This document shows, one piece after another, positions 16,443 to 25,408 of a stretch of DNA of 41,636 nt (position 1 is the stretch's first letter; every line of letters starts with the position of its first letter). The position numbers were made by a program, and so were the translations under genes. This DNA is from a virus. Lineage: Duplodnaviria > Caudoviricetes. The notes under the pieces were generated by a model. The model saw only the letters and a list, made by a program, of their open reading frames with translations, made no database searches and was not told the origin of the DNA. The stretch is from positions 1-41,636 of IMG/VR virus record IMGVR_UViG_3300048576_000612, one strand, 5' to 3'.

Positions 16443-18158
16443 CTAGAGCAGCAGATCAATGCGCCCGGCGAACACGTGGAGTCCGTTGACCACGTCGGTC
16501 GGAATCTTCGCGTTCAGCCGGTTCACATCCTGCAGATCCCGCTCTACAATGAGCCCATCCTTGTTGGCGTCCACTTCCTCCACGATCTCAAGCTGCTCCA
16601 GTTTTTTGAGCACATCGAGGAGCTCCGATTTCACCCTGGGAGGCGTCTTGCTGGAGAGCTTCTCACGCGGGAACCGGAGCGCGATCCGCTCGCGGCACGC
16701 CTTCCTGACGTAATTGAGCGTCCGCATGGTCGTGATATCGAGGAGGCTCACATCGTTAATTCCCTGCGCATCCCGAATATACGTGCTGATCGCCCTGACA
16801 ATCTGGACCCTGAGCCCCGGTCCCACCTCAAGCGGCGTCACGCCGTTGTAGAGGAGCGTTTCCTGCTCCGTCCGGGTCAGCTTGTCGGCCACGTTGCAGT
16901 AGGCGATGCCTTTTAGCTCCAGCGTGTTCAAGGGGCGCGCCGGGTCCTCTTCGAAGGCCATCACGGCCGCCATTGCCGCCGCTATCTCGTAGGACACGGA
17001 GCGCTTCTCCAAGGACGCGGCCGTATACCTCAAAAACGCGCCCAGGATGTGCCCGGAGTTGACCTGGTCCGCAAGGGTCGTTGCAGCGGCCAGAGTCCCC
17101 GCCATGCCGTAGACCCCGATGGAGGGCCGCTGCTCCAGGGGCCCTCCCGTCGCCTCCAGGTGCGTCCGGAGCTTTAGGAGATCCGTCGCATTGTTGAAAG
17201 GGAAGGCGATAAGCGAGTACTCTTCCGGAAACGCCACATCGAGGGCGTCGTCCGGGTCCGGGTTCGTGGCTCCGGAGGCCATAGCGACGATGACGGCCGA
17301 GATGCCGGTGGCGTTCGTCTTGACGAAATTGAGCATAATGTCGTTTCCAGCAAGCCCCTTGTGCTTGGCGGTAAGCGTGACCACGCCCGCCAGGCTGCTT
17401 GCCTTGACCGGCATATCGTCCGTGTCCGCTATCTCGTTGCAGATGGCGGTTGCGATCTCCGTTGCTGTGTCTCCGGTTTCAACGGCTATTTCAACCTTTT
17501 TGGAGCCGACCCACAAGGTGATGGTCCCGGAAGTCACGGCGGGTCCGGTGATGGTCACGGTACCCGTTGCCGCGACGCCTGCCCCGTCATCCAGGGCTAT
17601 AACCGTGATCTCCAGATAAGGATTGGCCGTAATGGCTGCCTGGACCATGTTGTGGATCATGGAGCCGTAGCCGAAGTACTTGGCGGCCTCTCCGTCGCTA
17701 AAAACCCGTGTGGCAACCTTTTGCGCTACGCTTGGCTCCGGCCATACGCCAAACCTCCAGGCGTCATCGACCGCGTGCCCGGTGGTCGCTGCAAAGGTTA
17801 CGGTGACGCCTAGCTCCAGCGTCTGGGCAGAACCGGTAAGGGTTACCTCTTCGGACCAGGTCGCTCCGAAGTCCTTGGACCACTTGAACTTGTCGGTTGC
17901 GGCCGCCGTCGTGATCTTCACCCAGTACGTGTTTTTGACCGTCCCGGTGTACGTCCCGCCCGCGGTCATGTCGTTTAGCGTCCCGGCCTGCCACCTGGCC
18001 GGCTCGACGTATTTCCCGAGCCGCTGACCCACGATCAGGAGGTTCTGCCGGTTATTGGGAAGGGAGCGGACCGCAAGCCGGGTGTTGAATTCGAAGTACT
18101 TCCCTGGCTTCCGGATGGAAGATGGAATCGAATCGAAACTGATATTTTCCGAGGCCAT
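16443..18158 (-). CDS. Tail sheath protein (Mu gpL-like)
   Basis: SIRKPGKYFEFNT, DPARPLNTL, NGVTPL, DVVNGLHVFAG. Confidence 0.93.
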   Translation of the reverse strand: MASENISFDSIPSSIRKPGKYFEFNTRLAVRSLPNNRQNLLIVGQRLGKYVEPARWQAGTLNDMTAGGTYTGTVKNTYWVKITTAAATDKFKWSKDFGATWSEEVTLTGSAQTLELGVTVTFAATTGHAVDDAWRFGVWPEPSVAQKVATRVFSDGEAAKYFGYGSMIHNMVQAAITANPYLEITVIALDDGAGVAATGTVTITGPAVTSGTITLWVGSKKVEIAVETGDTATEIATAICNEIADTDDMPVKASSLAGVVTLTAKHKGLAGNDIMLNFVKTNATGISAVIVAMASGATNPDPDDALDVAFPEEYSLIAFPFNNATDLLKLRTHLEATGGPLEQRPSIGVYGMAGTLAAATTLADQVNSGHILGAFLRYTAASLEKRSVSYEIAAAMAAVMAFEEDPARPLNTLELKGIAYCNVADKLTRTEQETLLYNGVTPLEVGPGLRVQIVRAISTYIRDAQGINDVSLLDITTMRTLNYVRKACRERIALRFPREKLSSKTPPRVKSELLDVLKKLEQLEIVEEVDANKDGLIVERDLQDVNRLNAKIPTDVVNGLHVFAGRIDLLL

Positions 18159-18349
18159 CAGTATTCACCCTCCTCGCTCTTTGCGGATGCCGGTTGGGCC
18201 GGAGCCGCAACCTCGATCAGAGATCCGTCGTTAATGAGGCGCCGGTAATAGCTTGTCTCCGGAACCTCCTTCGCCTGGCTGTCCGAGATGTAGCTCCTCG
18301 GCTTCCTCTCCATCGGGCATTTCAGGCCCTGAGATGCTTTCACCCACAT
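18158..18349 (-). CDS. Mu gp38-like protein (DUF2635)
   Basis: VPETSYYRRLINDGSL. Confidence 0.85.
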   Translation of the reverse strand: MWVKASQGLKCPMERKPRSYISDSQAKEVPETSYYRRLINDGSLIEVAAPAQPASAKSEEGEY

Positions 18350-18399
18350 GCTTGCCTCCTTTTAATAGGGTCAGTTTGCCAAATTGCGCAAGTTGCCGT

Positions 18400-18918
18400 C
18401 TACCCGCTTAGAGTCACCAGGTCGCTCGCGTCCACCACGTCATCGCCCGGCGTGAGATAGTAGTTGAGCCCGATCCGCAGCAGATCGACCGCTTCCTCAT
18501 CATCGAGCTCCGTAATATAGTTAGCCGTCTCAAGCTCCAGACTGAAGGCCATGAGGCCCTTTGAGATAAGATCCTCAGTGGTCGTATTGCGGAAGCTCTG
18601 GGGCTCGATGGGATCAATGGCAAGGTCCAGCGTCTTGAGAAAGAGCGTCTGAACGACTCCCTCCAGGATAGCGTAGACGCCCTTTCTTCGCTCCCGCTCG
18701 TTGCTCAGGTGCTTAAAGACGATGTCGACGTAGATCGTGAGCGTCTGGCGCCACTTGGTCATCGTCACTTTCTTGAATTTCCCGCTCTCCGTGCTCACGT
18801 AAACGGCTGGCTGAGGGATGCCCTCCACGCCCTTCTGAATTCCTATCTTCCTGGCGCTCTCCAGCCTGCTCTCAAGCTTGGCTACAATCGCGTCCTCGAT
18901 CTCGGTGATGGTCGGCAT
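18400..18918 (-). CDS. Tail terminator, Mu gp37-like (DUF1834)
   Basis: ITEIEDAIV, PAVYV; synteny. Confidence 0.75.
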   Translation of the reverse strand: MPTITEIEDAIVAKLESRLESARKIGIQKGVEGIPQPAVYVSTESGKFKKVTMTKWRQTLTIYVDIVFKHLSNERERRKGVYAILEGVVQTLFLKTLDLAIDPIEPQSFRNTTTEDLISKGLMAFSLELETANYITELDDEEAVDLLRIGLNYYLTPGDDVVDASDLVTLSG

Positions 18919-18919
18919 G

Positions 18920-19351
18920 CTAATACCCTCTCATACTGGAGCGAGTGAAGATGCGCTCCGGATTGTCGATGGAGAGCTGCGGAGCGTCCGAGGCCGGTGG
19001 ATTTCCCTCCGGATCGTGAGCGCCCAGGCTGATTTTTCCCAGCGCCACCTGTTCCAGAAAGTGCACTGCGTTTTTATGCCGATCCTTCCGCGCCTCAGGA
19101 ACACTATCCTTTCGGCCGTAGAGGTTGTAGATGGCGATATCGACCGAGCACTTGCGCACGATGCCCGGCACGGGGCTTAACGGCACGGCGTGGCGCGACC
19201 CGATGTAGCCGTTTATCTCCTCATCGGCGTCCGCAATGGCTTTCTCGGCGCGGGTCGTGTTGATTTGACCTAGTCCCTCATCATCCGTGAGCTGTATCAG
19301 CCATTGTTCCTCGATCTGGTCGACAAGGTCGTCTACAGTGCTGTAAGCCAT
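18920..19351 (-). CDS. Head-tail adaptor, Mu gp36-like (DUF1320)
   Basis: AYSTVDDL, AIADADEEINGYI, DIAIYNL. Confidence 0.88.
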   Translation of the reverse strand: MAYSTVDDLVDQIEEQWLIQLTDDEGLGQINTTRAEKAIADADEEINGYIGSRHAVPLSPVPGIVRKCSVDIAIYNLYGRKDSVPEARKDRHKNAVHFLEQVALGKISLGAHDPEGNPPASDAPQLSIDNPERIFTRSSMRGY

Positions 19352-19620
19352 TACTTCCCTCTCTTTTCGCCTTGGGCGTTCTCAGTTTCCGCCTGAAGCT
19401 GCTCTTGCTCCCTCTTTGCAGCCCAAAGCTGCTCGCGTACTACGTCGTTTGGCGCCACAGCGCCGTCTTCCTGAACGAATTCCACCTGAAGCATCGGCTC
19501 GTCGAGGAGCTGCTCCAACTGCTCCGGGCTAAACGTTTCGTCAGGATGCTCCATCCACTGGTCCGAATGGGCGACGCCGGTGCGGCGAAAACCTGTGCGC
19601 TTCGATCTGATTCTGATCAT
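19351..19620 (-). CDS. Mu gp35/HI1506-like protein
   Basis: GFRRTGVAH, EQLL.EPMLQV. Confidence 0.75.
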   Translation of the reverse strand: MIRIRSKRTGFRRTGVAHSDQWMEHPDETFSPEQLEQLLDEPMLQVEFVQEDGAVAPNDVVREQLWAAKREQEQLQAETENAQGEKRGK

Positions 19621-19679
19621 CTTCTCCCCTCCCTTCCTTTAGCCCTCCCACAAGGGGGAAGGCCGTCCATCGAGCATCA

Positions 19680-20558
19680 TTACGCCAGCCAGGGCACTAC
19701 AACGAGCTGGGCCGTGTTGTACCAGGGGTTGCCCGCCCCTGCGGCGTTGGTCGCCACGGTGAGGATGGAGCGGGCCGCGCTCTCGAGCGTCGGAGGGACC
19801 ACCAGGTGCGTCGGAACGATCCCCAGCGGCGCTCCCTCGTCGTTTTTAAAAGCCATCACCGCCGCCCTCGCCGCAGCATAGGCCGTTGCATCCAGGGTCT
19901 GCTTGCTCCCGTAGGCGAGCTGCCAGAGACCGTAGCCCACGTTTTTGCGGTCATCGACGCCGTAGCGATACTTCTTGTGCATGAAGACGCTGTCGTCTTC
20001 GGGCCGGTCCAGTGCAACGAACTCGGGTCGTTTGCGGATCTGGAGGATGATGGGCTTGATCGGACGGGAGAGGTCCATGAGGTACCAGGCCGTACCGGAG
20101 CCGCCGCCGGAGTTCGAAACAGAGGAGCCGCCCACCGGGTGATCGGTGTCGAAGAAATACTGCCCGTCATAACACACCGTTGAAAATCCCGCTGCAAGGA
20201 GCGCAAACACCAATGTGTCCGGGTGCTGTTTCGCCGATGCGGCGAGACCCTGGATCATGGGTTTGTAGACGCCGATCTGATCGTCTTCGATATCGTCGCG
20301 GTCCACCTCGACCGTGGCCTCGAAGGACTTGTTGGTGATCACGTAGCCAAAGCCCTCCAGGGACTTGATCGCGCGCTCGCCGATCCACTCCCGCATGGCG
20401 GGGAAAGCCCCGAGCCACTTGTAGTCGATGTCCCTGCCTTCGCTGGGCACCTCCATAGCCGCCACGGGCCACTGGGAGGGCGCTCCCTCGAAGGCGTCGT
20501 TAAAGACAGTGCGAAACGATCTGTAAATGCCGCTAAGGGCGGCTTGCGAAATGATCAT
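19680..20558 (-). CDS. Major capsid protein, Mu gpT-like
   Basis: WLGAFPAMREWIGER, CYDGQYFFDTDHPV, YGVDDRKNVGYG.WQLAYGS. Confidence 0.95.
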   Translation of the reverse strand: MIISQAALSGIYRSFRTVFNDAFEGAPSQWPVAAMEVPSEGRDIDYKWLGAFPAMREWIGERAIKSLEGFGYVITNKSFEATVEVDRDDIEDDQIGVYKPMIQGLAASAKQHPDTLVFALLAAGFSTVCYDGQYFFDTDHPVGGSSVSNSGGGSGTAWYLMDLSRPIKPIILQIRKRPEFVALDRPEDDSVFMHKKYRYGVDDRKNVGYGLWQLAYGSKQTLDATAYAAARAAVMAFKNDEGAPLGIVPTHLVVPPTLESAARSILTVATNAAGAGNPWYNTAQLVVVPWLA

Positions 20559-20570
20559 TGGAGCCCCTCC

Positions 20571-20972
20571 TTATCTCATGTAAATGTCTACGCCAACCTC
20601 GGTTGCGCTCACGAACTTGGCGATTTTCCCGCAGGCGATGGAGTTGGTGGTGGTTTTGGCCACCGTCTGATCATCCGATACGTTTACGGCGGTCCCAACA
20701 TCGGTTATGGCCATGCCCGAGGCCCCAAAGTAGAAGATTCCCTTTCTACGGACCCGCACGGTTTTATCCCCCGCCGAGCCTGCGGAGTTGTCCACGTATT
20801 CCTGGGCCACGCCTACGAATTTAAAGTTTGCCGTATCGGCCCCCGGCGCGGCGTAGCCCGAGGCATTGAGGCAAACCAGCGATCCCGCGTAGATCTTGGT
20901 CGCCGCAACGGGGTATTCCATCTCCACGCCTTCCTGGTAGACGGTCTTTCGGTCCTTGGCGAGTGCGGTCAT
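20571..20972 (-). CDS. Capsid decoration/cement-like protein
   Basis: IYAGSLV..ASGYA, FVGVA, DDQTV; lies between protease and capsid. Confidence 0.7.
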   Translation of the reverse strand: MTALAKDRKTVYQEGVEMEYPVAATKIYAGSLVCLNASGYAAPGADTANFKFVGVAQEYVDNSAGSAGDKTVRVRRKGIFYFGASGMAITDVGTAVNVSDDQTVAKTTTNSIACGKIAKFVSATEVGVDIYMR

Positions 20973-22022
20973 TTACGCCCCCTTTCCGTTGTGCTTTTCC
21001 CAAAGCTCTGTGGATATGCCGAGCTGGCGGCAGATCTCCTTTTCTTCCGCGCTCTGCAATCCGGCCGCTTTAGCGTCGGAAATTGTCTTGAGCGGATCGG
21101 TCGGGACCACCTGCGGGGATTTAGCGACGAAGAGCCGGAAGCCTTCGGGGTCGCGCAGGGCGTAGTCCTCCGCCCACTCCTTCTGCGCCGGCGTGAGCTT
21201 GCCGGCCTTCATGGCGGCGACTACCAGGTCGTCGCGATCGCGCTCGGCAAGACGCCGTTTAAGATTTGCCACTTCCTGCGTAAGGTCCGGCCTCTGCCTC
21301 AACGCATGGATCGATGCCACCACCTCACTGGCTCCGGCCCCGTCACGCAGCTCCAGTGCGGTCAGCACTTCTTTGGCTATCACGACCCTGGGCTCTTCGT
21401 TGAGCCTGGCCTCAAGCGCCGATACAACGTCCGCTTCGGTCGCATCCTCTTTTAAACCCAATTTAGCGATGAACTTTTTCCACCACTCCATAGTCTTCCC
21501 CCCAGAATGTTTGTCCTTGGCTACAATGGGCTTGATCCAGTTGAGCCGCGGAGCATTTGTGAGAGCCACCCGCGCCAGCTCCACGAGGCGGCGGTCCTTT
21601 TTTGACGTGTAAAATACGGGCGAGTAGTAGCGGTACTCCCGGCCGGCGATGAGCTGCTTCGCCCGCTCCGTCCACTCCACCGCCGCCCACAGTCCCTGAG
21701 CCCCCTTGTTGATAAGCCTCCGAATCCAGCCGGCTGCGGGGGCCGTGCCGTCCGGACTCGCGAAATCGCCCCCTTCCGTCTGGTGCTCATAATCGAACAC
21801 CATATCGATCCCCCTGGCCTCGAAGCGCCGTATCACCTCGTTCATCGCCTCATCGTCCACGATAAAGGGATCGGCGCCTTCCATCCGAACCTCTCCGCAG
21901 GGGAATATCTGCACCTCGCCGGGAACCCCGTCCTCGGCCACGGATGCGATATAAAACCGCTTTTCAGCCCCTTCGGGAGCATCCGAATCTTTGCAGATAA
22001 AATGAGAAAAATGCTGCTTCAT
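20973..22022 (-). CDS. Prohead protease/scaffold I (Mu gp32); start reassigned to MKQHFS
   Basis: FDYEHQT, APAAGWI, VEWT, EYRYYSPVF, ALTNAP; GGAGG RBS. Confidence 0.9.
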   Translation of the reverse strand: MKQHFSHFICKDSDAPEGAEKRFYIASVAEDGVPGEVQIFPCGEVRMEGADPFIVDDEAMNEVIRRFEARGIDMVFDYEHQTEGGDFASPDGTAPAAGWIRRLINKGAQGLWAAVEWTERAKQLIAGREYRYYSPVFYTSKKDRRLVELARVALTNAPRLNWIKPIVAKDKHSGGKTMEWWKKFIAKLGLKEDATEADVVSALEARLNEEPRVVIAKEVLTALELRDGAGASEVVASIHALRQRPDLTQEVANLKRRLAERDRDDLVVAAMKAGKLTPAQKEWAEDYALRDPEGFRLFVAKSPQVVPTDPLKTISDAKAAGLQSAEEKEICRQLGISTELWEKHNGKGA

Positions 22023-22024
22023 CC

Positions 22025-22531
22025 CTAACCCTCCATGAGAAAGTCTTCGGCGATCTCCAGGATGCGCTCCCTGTCCGTCCGGCTGATGCCCAGATACGCC
22101 CGCTGCGGCATCTGGATCGCTCTGCCTGCCGCCCGCCTGGCAAAATGAGCCCTGCCGCCGATGGCCGCCTTTTGCTGCGAGCTTTGCCGCTTCTTGATCT
22201 CGCCGCCCAACTGGTGGATCGCGGCATACACGCGGACGCTGCCCACCCGCACGTTGCTGTTGTCGGCCTGGTAGTGGATCGTGTCCTGGAGATGTCCCTC
22301 TTCCCGCAGGATCTTCTTGGTCTTCTTGCGCTCCATTGTTGCTGGCTTGAGCTTCTGCCAGGGCCGCCCTTCCGGGTCGGTTTCGGTTGGGAACCGGTCC
22401 TGGGTGGATCGCACCAGGTATTCGCCCGCACTTACAAAGAATGGGCGCATCCTGCGGTTTTTTGCCTGTAGCCTGGCTATTGCGCGAAGGCATTCCCTAT
22501 CCTCAATCTTCGTGTAAAAGAATTCACCCAT
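22025..22531 (-). CDS. Virion morphogenesis protein G (gp31)
   Basis: DPEGRPWQKL, YAAIHQLGG, PQRAYLG. Confidence 0.9.
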   Translation of the reverse strand: MGEFFYTKIEDRECLRAIARLQAKNRRMRPFFVSAGEYLVRSTQDRFPTETDPEGRPWQKLKPATMERKKTKKILREEGHLQDTIHYQADNSNVRVGSVRVYAAIHQLGGEIKKRQSSQQKAAIGGRAHFARRAAGRAIQMPQRAYLGISRTDRERILEIAEDFLMEG

Positions 22532-22638
22532 TGACCGCCTCCGCCATGTTTGTTAGATTAAATATGCAGGCGCCGGCTGGGCCGTACCCCTTATAGCTGG
22601 TTGCCGGGCGCTGCGCCCCGTACGGGGGGTGAGAGCTC

Positions 22639-23841
22639 TCAATCCCTTGCATAGAGCAGCCTTCCCTTTCGCAAGTTTCCGGCTCCCGTAAGGCCTCCCC
22701 GAAAAAACGTTCCGCTAACCCACAGACCATCTTGCTCTTCCGCAAACAACCCAATTACCAGGTTCTTTGAAATCCGGACCGCCTTCACATATTTCTTTCG
22801 CACCGCCACGCGGCCGGATACTTCATTCTGAGCGAAGTTGAGCCAGATTTCGTAGGGGTCTTGTATAAGCTCGGGGATCAAGGGGAAGTACGCCTCCCTG
22901 CCGTCCCACCGCTTGGAGGCTTCCGCTATGTGATCGGCTATGGCTTGATTGACGCACACCTGCCCTCCGATGGGGTCCTTAAGGAACACGGAATCCCCGC
23001 CAACCGCTTCTCGAAGCATTGCCCGCAGCCCCTCTTTATCCCCCTGCTTCGCCTGCCTTCCCAGTTCCGCTTTCGGCGTATCGATCACGGCAATCTTCTC
23101 CGACCGCCCATACCGCTCCGGTCCCCAGGGATGCAGATCCACCCATTTCCCTTCGGACTCCATGAGCCGCTTAGCCTGATTTTCTCCCCACGCCGCCTTG
23201 CCCGGATCGTAGTCAAATCCCTTGTCAATGCCGACAGGGGTGCCCGTCTTGGGGTCAATAGGGGAGGGGGGAGCCTCGTCGGGTCCCGTCTTGCCGAGCC
23301 TGGCCAAGTCCCTCTCAGACAGGGCATCTACGCCGCATTTGCAGCCCCATCCGTTCATCGGCCGGTGCGTGGCCCACCAGGGATCGTCCGCCCGCAGCAC
23401 CAATCCATCCCAGGATAGATGCAGCGGCCTCGGATGCCTGGAGTCCCCGTGCCGGTACCGGTGGTAGGGGCGGTAGGCAAGGACGTCCGGGTCCATCATC
23501 TGCTTGTAGCGGCCCGTGTTGTAGCTCTGTCGGGTGTTCGTGTCATAGATCACCCGGCTTCGCCAGTTGCGGCCGCCCTTGTATTGCCACCCGTGGGTCT
23601 CCACGATCCGGTCGAAGTCCTTGCGGAATTCCTCCAGAGTGGTCCCCTTGGCAATGGCCTTATCGACGGCGACCCGGAAGTCGGAGACAATGGCGTTCCT
23701 GTTGGCCCCAGCTACCATGAAACCCCTGGCGTGCTGCTCCTTTACGAGATCGTCCCAGCGCTCCGTGGGGATGTTGACCTTCCCCCGGAAGAACTCGATC
23801 TGCTCGTCAAAAGGCATGTAGAGCCCGGCGTCAATCCCCAT
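22639..23841 (-). CDS. MuF minor head protein with C-terminal PBECR2-like nuclease domain
   Basis: EQIEFFRGK, YDTN, RPLHLSWDG, PMNGWGCKC, DKGFDYDPG; extension DHI..WDGRE.YFPLIPELIQDPYEIW. Confidence 0.85.
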   Translation of the reverse strand: MGIDAGLYMPFDEQIEFFRGKVNIPTERWDDLVKEQHARGFMVAGANRNAIVSDFRVAVDKAIAKGTTLEEFRKDFDRIVETHGWQYKGGRNWRSRVIYDTNTRQSYNTGRYKQMMDPDVLAYRPYHRYRHGDSRHPRPLHLSWDGLVLRADDPWWATHRPMNGWGCKCGVDALSERDLARLGKTGPDEAPPSPIDPKTGTPVGIDKGFDYDPGKAAWGENQAKRLMESEGKWVDLHPWGPERYGRSEKIAVIDTPKAELGRQAKQGDKEGLRAMLREAVGGDSVFLKDPIGGQVCVNQAIADHIAEASKRWDGREAYFPLIPELIQDPYEIWLNFAQNEVSGRVAVRKKYVKAVRISKNLVIGLFAEEQDGLWVSGTFFRGGLTGAGNLRKGRLLYARD

Positions 23842-25408
23842 TTATCACCTCGTAACGTCCAAGCAGCTCGGCCCACATCATGGCCCTTGCCATGAGCTCT
23901 CCCATGCCTTCCGGGTCCATCTCCCCGTAGATGTCAAGCAGCCCGTCCCGGATCTCCTCAAGCGATCCGGCCGTCATCACCAGGCGCCTGATGGGCTCCA
24001 TCAGGGCGTCGATAGCCGCAGGCGAAGCCTCTGACACTTTCTGCACGATGGGATCGGTGGTCGCCGGCTGCTCTCCTGCCGGGGTATTGGAAGCAACTAC
24101 CATCTTCGCTGCGATGGGAGCTTCTGCCTGGCCGGAAGGGGTTGGAGCAGCCATAAGCGGCGTCTCGCCCGGTTTGCGCATGGGCGTCTTGAACCGCTCG
24201 CTCACGTGCTCCTGGCTCATATCGAAGCCCATCTCCCGGAGCAGCTTATACACTTTGGCCACCGTCTCAAGGTCTTCCGGCTTCTCGTACAAAAATCGCA
24301 ATCTCGGAACCGGAGCGTCCCACCCGTAGTTAAACCCCACCAGCGGACGAATAAGCTGCCTGGTGAGCGTTTCGCCCAGCGCCGTTGCATCCGCTTCAAC
24401 CAGGTCCTGGCGCACCTCCGCATGCACCGTCCCCAACGCATAGGACCCCTGTCCGCGGCTTCCTCCGGCTTCGCTGGTCAGCGTCTGGCCCAGGATCGCC
24501 TTGCTCACCTGCGCGTCGCAGAAGCCGACGAGCCCCTCATAGATCACCTGAGATCCGCTGCCCCCGCGCATCTGGGACTGCACGAATTCAATCTCCGTGC
24601 TCTTCGAAACAATCCCCGCCGCGTCGCTGCCGATGGACCGTACGGCCGCAAGGAGCGCCGCCTTGTCCTCAGCGCTCGCACCGGACTCGTATTTGCCGAT
24701 GCGAAGCGGCATCCCGTACACTTCCGCAAAAGCCACCCAATCCTTGACGCTGTAGCTCTTGAAAAGATACATCCAGGCGCAAACCCGCAGAATTCCGGCC
24801 CTGGTATCATAGCCGGACCGTGCCTTGTACCGGTGGTAGATGACCTTCCAGGGCGGCGGGTCAATGCCTCGCACCGGCTCCTGCTCCGTCAATATGCGCG
24901 GCGTCATGGATTCCCAGAAGATAGCCTTCTTCGCCGGTATCCACCGGAGCTCACGGACCCCGACGCCACTCGCCGAAACATCCCATACGATCTCCGCCAG
25001 GCTATACCCCTTGGCAACGGCGTCGAGAAGATCCAGCACATGCTCGTTAAGGTCCTGGAGGCCGGCAATCGCCTCGCGCACAAAATCGGCTATTTTTTTC
25101 GATTGCGCGTCTTCGGAGACCGGCAGGACCTCGACGGGAAGCCCCTGCACCGCAAGCTTTCGCGTCTGGAGCTGGCTGTAGAGGTGCGGGTCTTTTTCCT
25201 CCATCTCTTCGAAGAGCTCCGCCTGCCGGAGCACATCACCGGCGTCCGCCTGCTTGAAGATGTCCGCCAGCCGCGTCGGGGTGAGCCCGTCCGACGGATA
25301 GCTGCTCCACCGGTCGCGCACCTGCGCGATGTAGATATCGTCTTTTGCCGGCCGGCGCTGCTCACGGGCCTGTATTTGTCGCCCGAACTGGTCGTAAAGC
25401 GGCATCAA
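23831..25408 (-). CDS. Portal protein, Mu gp29 (DUF935)
   Basis: GLTP.RL, LFEEMEEKD, FAEVYGMP.R.GKY, SKAILGQTLT. Confidence 0.93.
   Translation of the reverse strand: MMPLYDQFGRQIQAREQRRPAKDDIYIAQVRDRWSSYPSDGLTPTRLADIFKQADAGDVLRQAELFEEMEEKDPHLYSQLQTRKLAVQGLPVEVLPVSEDAQSKKIADFVREAIAGLQDLNEHVLDLLDAVAKGYSLAEIVWDVSASGVGVRELRWIPAKKAIFWESMTPRILTEQEPVRGIDPPPWKVIYHRYKARSGYDTRAGILRVCAWMYLFKSYSVKDWVAFAEVYGMPLRIGKYESGASAEDKAALLAAVRSIGSDAAGIVSKSTEIEFVQSQMRGGSGSQVIYEGLVGFCDAQVSKAILGQTLTSEAGGSRGQGSYALGTVHAEVRQDLVEADATALGETLTRQLIRPLVGFNYGWDAPVPRLRFLYEKPEDLETVAKVYKLLREMGFDMSQEHVSERFKTPMRKPGETPLMAAPTPSGQAEAPIAAKMVVASNTPAGEQPATTDPIVQKVSEASPAAIDALMEPIRRLVMTAGSLEEIRDGLLDIYGEMDPEGMGELMARAMMWAELLGRYEVINGD

Noticed and set aside
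19642-19663. Hairpin downstream of gpT (possible Mu-gpT downstream RNA element)
   Set aside because: Short imperfect stem; cannot be supported without a covariance search
22023-22493. N-terminal extension of the 506-aa protease ORF
   Set aside because: Overlaps gene G out of frame; a good RBS supports the start at 22022
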